64,000 nucleotides of DNA from positions 292 to 64,291 of the forward strand of contig JAJZLK010000023.1 of NCBI GenBank assembly GCA_021803655.1, given 5' to 3'. Of the stretch, positions 40,157 to 48,407 are shown piece after piece. Positions within the stretch are counted from its first letter, which is position 1. Each line of letters opens with the position of its first letter. Under the pieces are notes generated by a model that was not told the origin of the DNA, made no database searches, and saw nothing but the letters and a program-made list of their open reading frames with translations. The position numbers and the translations under genes were made by a program. Source of the DNA: Thermoplasmata archaeon (GTDB lineage Archaea > Thermoplasmatota > Thermoplasmata > Thermoplasmatales > Thermoplasmataceae).

Positions 40157-42484
40157 TCACTTTCGAGCCCTGATCCGCCTGTGCACATAAAGGAAAATGA
40201 GGGGAGCAACAGCGATTAGAATCACAATCAGCCCCATTTCGATCATTACAAGCGTATTGGTGCTCTGTTTCTGCAAAACGAGGCTGAAGGCAACGATAAA
40301 GTAGCCGCCCCCGTCGCTGGACGCAGTCATATAGACCTGCTGGTTTACGGGATCGTATGCCATTCCATATCCATATAACTGGGTGAAGACGATACCCACA
40401 TAAGCCCCCGTGGTCCCATTTATAACCGTAACGCCGTTTGCTCCGTCTATGCCGTCTGACATGTAAAGCCATCCATTATGCGGATCAAAAAGGAGATTCA
40501 GTGGATTGCCATTGGTTGCATTGGAACTCCAGAGTTCCGTGAGTGTGGTAGAGTTATAAGCGACAACTGTCGGCCACCCTTGACCGTAAGCCGCGACATA
40601 TACTATCCTGTTGTTATCGCCCATGCATACTGTTGCCGGGAGCCCTTTAAAGTACAGTATCTTGGAAACCGACCCGTCTGAGGCGTTTATTATGTTGAGT
40701 GATGCGTTTCCAACGTTTGTGATGACTTTGTTATCAATAATTTCGGTGAAATTAGAGCCAACGGATACTATTATGTTATTGTGACTCGGATCAAAGGTCA
40801 TGTCGTTTATCTGCCCGTTCATATTCATTACCTTGATAGTCTGGTACGTCTTTCCTGAAAAAATAGACAGGTTGCTGCCGTTGGCAGCAAACAGGTTACC
40901 ATTCACCGTATCCACAGAGATTTCACTGCAGTTTATCTCCCCCAAAATTTTCCCGCTCGAAGGGTCATATACTGAGACGTTAGTTCCCTCAAGATTCGTC
41001 CCAGATGCATATTCGGCAGAACTGAAGTTTACAGCAGGTTTGGAATTAGTTACAAGAATGTAGCCATTATACGGGTCATACTGGATTGATATGGGATCGT
41101 GAAACCCGAAGACCCTTGAACCAAGCATATTCGTGGTTGCGTTCACCGTGGTGATGTAATCCGAGGCAAGGTTAGCCACAAACAGTTCGTTGTCCTGGGG
41201 ATCATAAGTAATAGAATTCGGAGAGTTCAGGGGATTGGTTACCACAGAAACTTTCCCGCTGGCGCTGTTCATCTGAAATATCCCGTTTCCGTCCGTACCG
41301 TATACATAACCAGAGCCATAATCTATGGAGAATAAGCCTGGATAAGTCAGGTTTCCGGATATAAGAGTCACATTCCAGTCTCTCGGGTTCACCCTCCAGA
41401 GGTACTGGCTTCCACCAAGAAGGAGGAGTCCGGAAGATTGGTCGTATGCAATGCTACCAGCGGCAGTGAAAGTGCCCATCAAACTGTCTTTTCCTAGAGT
41501 GTGCGTTCCTAGAAGTGTGTTATTTACCGGGGAGAACGCGCTAAGGTTGTCCCAGCCTGTCAATGAATAGGTGTAAGCATTAAAGAACCCGGCATAAGAC
41601 TCAACGAAGAGCAAGTTCATCGCCGGATCATATGCAATGGAAGTCATAAGAGTGGTATTTGTATTGAAACCTGAGCTCAAATATCCAACGATCCCAAGGG
41701 AGGTTGCATTCACTATCGCCAATGAATCGTTAAACTCCGCAAGATAAACAAGATTGTTTTGCGGATCGTATGCGGAACCCTCAATCCCTGTGAAACTTCC
41801 TGCAACTTTTGAAACTGAATTTGAGGTAGTGTTGATAACGTAAAAGCTGCCGGAGGTGATTCTCGAAACCGTAACATATATATCGTGATTAATCGCATTA
41901 AACGTCATCGTGCATGAAGGGGACAGAATGAAATTGTTATACGCTACCCCGATTCCTCCGATAGTGTCCACGATCCGCTCGCTGCTGCAGTTGATTACCA
42001 GCACATCGTTGCTTCCTCCTATGACGTACAGAAAGTTATTTGCGGGATCATAAACGCTGGGCCCAAAATAGGATGACCCCCCTATGAAACCAACCACGCT
42101 TCGTGTGTTCGGGTTATAAACTGTAATGGAAGCGGCAAATCCGTCAGATGCATAAATCAACCCATTCTGGCTATCATAACTTGTTCCGGAAACCTGCAGG
42201 AAATTGTAGATGTATCTTGCACCTGCAGCATTTCCGTTTGATGTGGCTTTAAGATTCGAAAGAGCGCTATTTACATATGAATAATGCCCGGATGGGGGTT
42301 GTGTGCCGACAACGTTATTGTTCCCTGAATGGCCAGCTGGCAGGATCCCGTGAGAAGGGAGGAGGAATACGCCCGCTGGAACTGTTATAATTAGCGCAAG
42401 AACCATAAACACAGCAATTCGTTTCGAATCTGGCAACTTCCATGGGTTTCTCATTATTTGACGGACTATTATGGAGAGCTTCAT
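40157..42484 (-). CDS. Surface protein with about 14 YVTN-type beta-propeller repeats and a C-terminal TM anchor
   Basis: 775 aa. N-terminal signal/anchor. Recurrent blades of the form N.(L/I)(Y/F)V...... (I/V).V(I/V)N..(T/S), for example NNFLYVIGGSNDVLVINCSS and DNELFVANLASDYITTVNATT. C-terminal LIVILIAVAPLIFLYVHRRIRARK. Confidence 0.75.
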   Translation of the reverse strand: MKLSIIVRQIMRNPWKLPDSKRIAVFMVLALIITVPAGVFLLPSHGILPAGHSGNNNVVGTQPPSGHYSYVNSALSNLKATSNGNAAGARYIYNFLQVSGTSYDSQNGLIYASDGFAASITVYNPNTRSVVGFIGGSSYFGPSVYDPANNFLYVIGGSNDVLVINCSSERIVDTIGGIGVAYNNFILSPSCTMTFNAINHDIYVTVSRITSGSFYVINTTSNSVSKVAGSFTGIEGSAYDPQNNLVYLAEFNDSLAIVNATSLGIVGYLSSGFNTNTTLMTSIAYDPAMNLLFVESYAGFFNAYTYSLTGWDNLSAFSPVNNTLLGTHTLGKDSLMGTFTAAGSIAYDQSSGLLLLGGSQYLWRVNPRDWNVTLISGNLTYPGLFSIDYGSGYVYGTDGNGIFQMNSASGKVSVVTNPLNSPNSITYDPQDNELFVANLASDYITTVNATTNMLGSRVFGFHDPISIQYDPYNGYILVTNSKPAVNFSSAEYASGTNLEGTNVSVYDPSSGKILGEINCSEISVDTVNGNLFAANGSNLSIFSGKTYQTIKVMNMNGQINDMTFDPSHNNIIVSVGSNFTEIIDNKVITNVGNASLNIINASDGSVSKILYFKGLPATVCMGDNNRIVYVAAYGQGWPTVVAYNSTTLTELWSSNATNGNPLNLLFDPHNGWLYMSDGIDGANGVTVINGTTGAYVGIVFTQLYGYGMAYDPVNQQVYMTASSDGGGYFIVAFSLVLQKQSTNTLVMIEMGLIVILIAVAPLIFLYVHRRIRARK

Positions 42485-42678
42485 ATATTCTTTTTCCGGG
42501 AATCATGACGGCAAGAAGTTCACGTCCAACCTATTCGGCTCTACCAGCGTATTGCACTACGAGGTCAAATTCTGATCGACTCCACCTCATATGAAGCTCT
42601 TCCTCCGGGGAAGCTCTATTTCCCAGCGATTCGCGGCCCATCTGCCCGTCCTGTTTATGATGAAATTGGGGCTGTGCC

Positions 42679-43641
42679 TCACAGCGTATTCCACAGGCTG
42701 CTGTCATACTGGTAGTACGACGTGACTGAAACTCCCTTCGTTTCAGTATCCCTTGCCATTGCGAAAAGCATCCTGACGTACTCCTCGGCTGCAGAAGACG
42801 GCAGGAAAGTGGTCACTTCAATCTTGTTTCCCAGTGCCCTGACAAAGTAGGCTACCCTCGGAATGAAGAGACTGTTTGCCTTTTTCCTTATCTCCAGAAG
42901 GAATCTGTTGAACAGGACTGTGCCGTACACCTGGTCTTCTTCTGAAATTTTGGATAGTCCCTTTGATTCATCTATAGACAGTCCGCGGGTAGAGTATATC
43001 AGGGTCTGAAATCCACCATTGACCACTTTCTTGTTCTCGATTTCTCCGATAAGACCGTACCTTACGATCATAGAGTAGTTTACATCGGACAGGGGGTCCG
43101 ATGGCACCCTGTACCTGATCACAGAAAGAGGCATGATTTCGTTAACTTTCTCTATGGTTTCAGAGACTCCTCTCGTAGGTCCCATGTACCAGAGCCTAGT
43201 ACTTTCATAGTTTTCCATGAAGCTTGAAAGTGTGTCAGAAACTTTCTCCACATAATTTCTGTGAAACCTGAAGTCAAAGTATACCCTGCCGTTGAGAATG
43301 TAAACGTTATTCATCACCATTGATGGAGTTTCGAATATCTCAGTGGCGAGGTCCATCTGCCTTACGTTATTGATCCTCTGTTGAACTGCCAGGAAGCCAT
43401 GTCTCTCCTGATAGGACAGGTCAGAAAGAAGCTTCTTGTATTTGCTGTTGCCATCCGGAAAATAGGCCTGCAGGTATCTCTTTTCATCCTGTTCAAATAT
43501 GAAGGCGGGAACGCTTATTTCAGAGTCTTTAAGGGCTTCAAACAGTGGACCTTCCTGTTCCACACTAACGATTCCGCGCATGTCCAGCTTCTTTTCAATG
43601 TCCCTTATCAGCAAGCATATCACCACCGCTATCTTTTTCAA
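42679..43641 (-). CDS. Hypothetical protein, paralog of 47268..48206 (unrecognised family)
   Basis: 320 aa. Shares VMNN.Y, DFR.H, GEIE, PR(V/I)AYF and AEEYV..L..MAR, in the same order, with the 312-aa ORF 4 kb away. Confidence 0.65.
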   Translation of the reverse strand: MKKIAVVICLLIRDIEKKLDMRGIVSVEQEGPLFEALKDSEISVPAFIFEQDEKRYLQAYFPDGNSKYKKLLSDLSYQERHGFLAVQQRINNVRQMDLATEIFETPSMVMNNVYILNGRVYFDFRFHRNYVEKVSDTLSSFMENYESTRLWYMGPTRGVSETIEKVNEIMPLSVIRYRVPSDPLSDVNYSMIVRYGLIGEIENKKVVNGGFQTLIYSTRGLSIDESKGLSKISEEDQVYGTVLFNRFLLEIRKKANSLFIPRVAYFVRALGNKIEVTTFLPSSAAEEYVRMLFAMARDTETKGVSVTSYYQYDSSLWNTL

Positions 43642-43871
43642 TACAGCGCGTCAGCCCGCTCAGGTATTCCCAACTGCGATTTGTGGCAGGAAGACTCCGG
43701 TCCTGTTTCCCGAGGGGATTTCTCACTTTACTGTATATGCATTACTCACCTCAGGATCGTATTTAAAATGTGTGTTAGAATGAAGTCATTATTGAACACT
43801 TGAAGGTAACTGACTCACGGAGCAGGGTATTCCAACCTATCTCATTCACACTCAGGCGATTAAATTGGGCT

Positions 43872-45032
43872 TTATTGCGATGCCAACCGGTTCTCTCCAA
43901 TGATGGGCGTGTTTGTTTCCATATTCTTCGCACCGAAGGTCCTTGTGAACGCCGCGTAGGATACTGAGACCAGCAGCAGCGGAAGTCCTGAGTTTGGATC
44001 AGTACCAAATCCACCGAATATTCCCATCCCCTGAAACAGTACCCATGTCGTCGCCGAAAGAAAAGTCGCATAAATCCATGCAACGGTTGGCTTGAGATAC
44101 CACAGAACTGCAGCAGCCAGCATGACTGCTATAAGTACAGAATTCCACAGGAAAGGGTTGCCTGACATCATGACAGAAAATGAGTAAAGAGCCGATGAAA
44201 GAAGGGCGGGTTGTGTGTTTTGTGACATTGCAAGAGGGATCGCCCCAATGGCTCCCTGCTGCCAGAATCCATTTGCTGGGTTCAGCTGTGCAATGGCTGC
44301 GAATGCCCAGAAAATAGCCATGGAATAGGCCATCAGGCGCGAATCGCTGATTTTCGGAGTCCTGATCAGCAGCAGAATCGATACTGCAGTATAGATAAGT
44401 GCGGATCCGGGAGAACCAGTCAGCCAAGTACCAAGGTTGAAAAATACGCTGCCGAAAGCCTCCCCGAAAATCCACAGGATCACTCCCCACACAATTGCAA
44501 TCATCTGGGTCAGCTTGAAGAACAGACCGTCGCTGAACAATATGAGTCCTGCGCCGATGTAGACCTGAAGAAGTGATGCGAGAACATTGAATGTACTGGG
44601 ATTCGTGTTCCACACACTTATTCCTGAACTGACAAGAAAGGCAACAAAGGGAGGAGAACTGGAGACCAAGGGGGAAAGGATTGCGTCGGAGAAACCGGTA
44701 GCCATACCCGGCTGCATCTGAAGAATTCCGTCAAGTATCCACAGGAATCCGAACGAATACCTGAGGAAGGTTCTGTGGGAGGGTTCAACGTATGAGCTCC
44801 TGCCATTGATCCTCACCATCAGAGGAATCAGGGCCACGAAAACAACAACCCCTGCGACAAATGGAAAATAGTATGAAAATAAGAGAAAGCTGGAGGATGG
44901 CAGACTCCCTGCCTGGGTTGAAAAGTCGAGCCAGAAAACCTCTGCCACTGCCGCAGACAGGAGTATGGCTGACAGAATCACGAGGCTGGAGCGCTGTTTC
45001 ACAACTTCTCGTAGCATCACAGGTTTCATCAT
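43872..45032 (-). CDS. Polytopic integral membrane protein (unknown family)
   Basis: 386 aa with about 10 TM helices. Contains FLWILDGILQMQPGM and a C-proximal GTDPNSGLPLLLV. No function assigned. Confidence 0.65.
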   Translation of the reverse strand: MMKPVMLREVVKQRSSLVILSAILLSAAVAEVFWLDFSTQAGSLPSSSFLLFSYYFPFVAGVVVFVALIPLMVRINGRSSYVEPSHRTFLRYSFGFLWILDGILQMQPGMATGFSDAILSPLVSSSPPFVAFLVSSGISVWNTNPSTFNVLASLLQVYIGAGLILFSDGLFFKLTQMIAIVWGVILWIFGEAFGSVFFNLGTWLTGSPGSALIYTAVSILLLIRTPKISDSRLMAYSMAIFWAFAAIAQLNPANGFWQQGAIGAIPLAMSQNTQPALLSSALYSFSVMMSGNPFLWNSVLIAVMLAAAVLWYLKPTVAWIYATFLSATTWVLFQGMGIFGGFGTDPNSGLPLLLVSVSYAAFTRTFGAKNMETNTPIIGENRLASQ

Positions 45033-45102
45033 ACAATATCTAATAAGGGCTGTCCCTCATGCATAAGGTGAGCAGTATCCTTACAGGTTCGGGCAGACAG
45101 AT

Positions 45103-45342
45103 TCATTGCCGGAGATATCTACTGACATCTGAACTCTTGTAAGCAGTGATGATGAATGGGATTCCATTAATCTCTTTGAAGATCACTATGACCACCCTAT
45201 CACCAATTTGTTTGATCGCTTTCTTCAAGTCGTCAACGTGGATCAGTCTGTCAGGGTTCGAGACTGCATCTTCAATTTCTTTCTTCGAAATGTCCCGTTC
45301 TTTGATTCTCTTGGCGGAATGGATAGAGTAGCCAAAAATCAT
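45103..45342 (-). CDS. DUF4258-family protein (putative toxin)
   Basis: 79 aa. YSIHSAKRIKERDISKKEIEDAVSNPD matches the DUF4258 N-terminus. Start overlaps the upstream stop (ATGA). Confidence 0.7.
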   Translation of the reverse strand: MIFGYSIHSAKRIKERDISKKEIEDAVSNPDRLIHVDDLKKAIKQIGDRVVIVIFKEINGIPFIITAYKSSDVSRYLRQ

Positions 45343-45566
45343 TCAGCCACATTAGCCAGGTTTCCCAGTTGCTTTGTTATTAGCTGGGTAATGTCAACTT
45401 TTGTTCTTGAAAAGTTCAGTATCTCCATTCCAACGATGTGATTGTCTTTGTCCAGGTCTACAAAGGTGGTGCTGTCAATCTCAATAGTTCTTGAAATTTT
45501 CTTACGCGCCGTTCTTATGTACGCAGCGTCAGACTGGGGATCATACTCCAAGAGATACTTATTCAC
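45339..45566 (-). CDS. DUF2283-family protein (putative antitoxin)
   Basis: 75 aa. YDPQSDAAYI ... VDLDKDNHIVGMEILNFS is the DUF2283 pattern. Confidence 0.7.
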   Translation of the reverse strand: MNKYLLEYDPQSDAAYIRTARKKISRTIEIDSTTFVDLDKDNHIVGMEILNFSRTKVDITQLITKQLGNLANVAE

Positions 45567-45863
45567 AAGACATTAGGATGAATACGCTAAAAATGTTACC
45601 GATATTCCAGCATCATCTTTTCCCAAAGAAAAGTGAAAAGTTGCAGGATTAGCTCACAGAGGCCGACCATAGTGTTGGACATGACCCTATGAACTCTTTT
45701 GCCACATCACACACCTTCGTGAAGGATCAGGACATGCTGATCGATGCCGTTAAATCGAGCTTCATTGAACTCTCATGCAGCAAACCATTCTGCAGAAGAT
45801 GGGTAGGGGTATTTGTTAACTGAATAGTCCAATCGGTTAGGTCAACCACTACAATTCAAGAAC

Positions 45864-46790
45864 TCATGTCTGGGAAGGTTTCCGATTCCTCATTGCAGTT
45901 TGCGTGTCATGGAGTTGCTGTTTTCCAAGGTAGCATTTAATGTACCAGTGAGTAGGATAACCCTCCGGCGGCTCCGAGGCAGGAGGCCAGGGCAGCCTGC
46001 CGTAATGTGCGGAAGTGTGTCCCGTGAAAATTACATCGTTGTTCACTAGACCCTCGGTCTCAAGGAACTCCTGCGGGGAATCCAGCTTGAAGGTGAGTGG
46101 GGCACCCATATCCTTGAGGAAAACCATTGTGCCTTGATATTGTTCCGTGTGGGACTTGGTAGAATTGCTCAATGCGCTGAACAGAACACAGCTGCCATCT
46201 ACAGATATTTTGCGAATAGTTCTCAGTACATTCCTGACCTCCCCTTCACTGAAATACTGGAAAACACCCTCGGCAAGCCACAGTATCCTCTTTTTCAGAT
46301 CGAGGCCTTCTCTTTCAAGAATCAGGGGAAGTTCCTTGGTGCGAATATCTACCGCAACGCGCGCCAGGCTGCAAAGTGGCATGTCCCCTTCAAGAACTTT
46401 CTCCTTGTAGGAAATGATGCTCTCGTAATCCACCTCCCACCATTGCACTTTCCCCCCTCTCAGAATCTCTAACCTGTATGGTCTCGCGTCAACGCCTGCA
46501 CCAATGACCACTACCTGGGTTCCACCCTCAGCAACGAATTGTGAAATCCAGTCATCGAAAACTTTGGTTGTAATGGCTTCGATGTCTGCAAAAATCTGCG
46601 GAAACTGTTTCAACAGGCCCATTCCTAGTTCCGTGGCCAGTTTTCTTGCAAGAGGGTCATTTACGATCCGATCGCTTCTTTCACTTTCCTTTGCCCTTCC
46701 TGCAGCGGTCAACAGCGCAAGATCCGATACCGGTTTATCAAATACCATTCGCTTGGTCACTCCTGCTTCATCAACCGTTGCCCTCTTCAT
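45864..46790 (-). CDS. Class I SAM-dependent methyltransferase, leucine-carboxyl-MTase-like (TIGR00027-type)
   Basis: 308 aa. TAAGRAKES...NDPLARKLA and VVVIGAGVDARPYRL are typical of this family. Confidence 0.78.
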   Translation of the reverse strand: MKRATVDEAGVTKRMVFDKPVSDLALLTAAGRAKESERSDRIVNDPLARKLATELGMGLLKQFPQIFADIEAITTKVFDDWISQFVAEGGTQVVVIGAGVDARPYRLEILRGGKVQWWEVDYESIISYKEKVLEGDMPLCSLARVAVDIRTKELPLILEREGLDLKKRILWLAEGVFQYFSEGEVRNVLRTIRKISVDGSCVLFSALSNSTKSHTEQYQGTMVFLKDMGAPLTFKLDSPQEFLETEGLVNNDVIFTGHTSAHYGRLPWPPASEPPEGYPTHWYIKCYLGKQQLHDTQTAMRNRKPSQT

Positions 46791-46895
46791 TGGTTTCAGA
46801 GTCCTTACACAATCTCCTACTTCGTTTAAATGCTTACCGGGCTTAAATTTCCCACTGCCCGTGGGTATACAATTGCATTTCCTGGATCATAATGA

Positions 46896-47147
46896 ATCTT
46901 CGCACTTCACCCGCATCGCATAGCTCAGGCCTGCCTCTCCGGGATTGTGTTGCAGGAACAGCCAGTCAGGCCCCTGAACTCAACGCTCAGTGCAGCTCTA
47001 TGGGAATATCCCCGGGAGATCAACGGGTATGGTTCCGCCGTTCTGGTCACAGCCCACAACATGGACGGAAAGGTTCGATGCGATCGCGTGAGGTTCATGC
47101 ACAACAGTCAACTGGTTACGGAGGGTACTCCTCCAGAGATCATTTAG
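46896..47147 (+). pseudogene. Remnant of an ABC-transporter ATP-binding protein (C-terminal third only, motifs decayed)
   Basis: Frame reads RIAQACLSGIVLQEQPVRPLNSTLSAALWEY...AVLVTAHNMDGKVRCDRVRFMHNSQLVTEGTPPEII. This is colinear with the post-signature / Walker B / D-loop / H-loop region (expected LLLDEPT..LD and TH.MDEA..CDR), but with DEP changed to QEQ. An in-frame stop lies at 46893, and no Walker A region lies upstream. Confidence 0.55.
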
Positions 47148-47267
47148 GAAACCGGATCCAAGTCCCTGGGAGAAGTGTCTATTCTTTACTCCCAGGGGGA
47201 TAGGTAGATGGATAACTATTTGTCAGAATCCAGTTTGACCCGTTCAGTCCTCCAGAGATAATCGATC

Positions 47268-48206
47268 TCAGAGCCATTCCAAGATATCGTCACAAAGTGG
47301 AGTATAAGACTCCAGTATGGGAGCACCTTCTCCAAACTCTCTGGCCATCGACATGAGGATCGATACATACTCTTCCGCCTCTGCTGTGGGCACAAAGGTC
47401 GTGTCGAATAGCCTGCCGTCTTCCAGTGTTATGAAATAGGCAATCCTAGGTACCCTGGATTCGTTTCCCCTCTTACGCCCCTCCATGAATGCTTTCTCAA
47501 AGAGGTAGGCCTCGTAGACGCAGTCCTTTTCAGATACCTCCTCCACACCTTTGATCTTCATTGGTTTACTTGTGTGAAGAAGTGCGCGTACGCCTTTATC
47601 AGTCATTCTTCTGCTTTCTATTTCCCCTACGGTGTCCGGATAATCCATGACTATCCGTTCTATCGATGGAGAATCCTTCGGAACAGGAACGGAAAACTGG
47701 ACCATCGTGAGTGGGGTTTCCCTGTCTATTTCTTCCATTCTTTCCCTGAGACCTTCTGATCTTCCAAGTTTGACAATCCTCACATTGTCGCTCACGCCGA
47801 TCAATGAGGAAAGGGCTGAGTTGACCCGATCCTTCCTGCTGTGGTGGTACCTGAAATCCAGGAAAAGTTCATCCCCCATCAGATAGGTGTTGTTCATGAC
47901 AACAGAGGAGATTTCCAGGAGTTCCGATAAAATCTTCATCTCCTTGACGTTGTTAACTCTCTCGGTTACGGAGTAGTAGGATTTCTTTTCAACCATGTCG
48001 GGTCGTGAAAGGATCGCGGAGAGTTTCCTCGTTTCCGCCGAATCTTTGTGAATGAAGAGCTGGAGAAAGGTCTTGCCGTTGTCGTTGAAGGCATATGCGG
48101 GAATCTGTTCCTCACTCATTGCGGTTATGGAAAAGAGACCAGAACTTTGCTTTACGGCTAAGATGCACCTCATGTCAATTCGTCTGCCCACTTCCGTGAT
48201 CCTCAT
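47268..48206 (-). CDS. Hypothetical protein, paralog of 42679..43641 (unrecognised family)
   Basis: 312 aa, colinear with the 320-aa paralog at roughly 30% identity by eye. See motif list at 42679..43641. Confidence 0.65.
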   Translation of the reverse strand: MRITEVGRRIDMRCILAVKQSSGLFSITAMSEEQIPAYAFNDNGKTFLQLFIHKDSAETRKLSAILSRPDMVEKKSYYSVTERVNNVKEMKILSELLEISSVVMNNTYLMGDELFLDFRYHHSRKDRVNSALSSLIGVSDNVRIVKLGRSEGLRERMEEIDRETPLTMVQFSVPVPKDSPSIERIVMDYPDTVGEIESRRMTDKGVRALLHTSKPMKIKGVEEVSEKDCVYEAYLFEKAFMEGRKRGNESRVPRIAYFITLEDGRLFDTTFVPTAEAEEYVSILMSMAREFGEGAPILESYTPLCDDILEWL

Positions 48207-48407
48207 GTTTCAGATTGTCTCCTGCCTTTACCCCTCTTCTCCTGAACTGCGGCGATTTCCTGCCGCGGTTCGCGGAAGCCGAGGCTTTTCAGTCATTGCA
48301 ACTTCTTTTCCAATGTCAACCTCTTCATGGCTTTTAAACATTATGAGCAAATAGTCACTTAAGATGGGGCAATGGTTTCCCAATTGCCACATCCCAGCAG
48401 GAGAACA

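Noticed and set aside
43999-44613. 204-aa minus-strand ORF.
   Set aside because: An alternative frame inside the 386-aa membrane protein gene, with no TM or domain signal.
47187-47194. TACTCCCA, identical to the 3' acceptor end of tRNA-Trp. I examined it as a possible att-type direct repeat bounding an island that would start at the tRNA.
   Set aside because: Only 8 nt match, and about 2 such matches are expected by chance in 64 kb on two strands. The flanks do not match, and there is no integrase in 38.4-47.2 kb.
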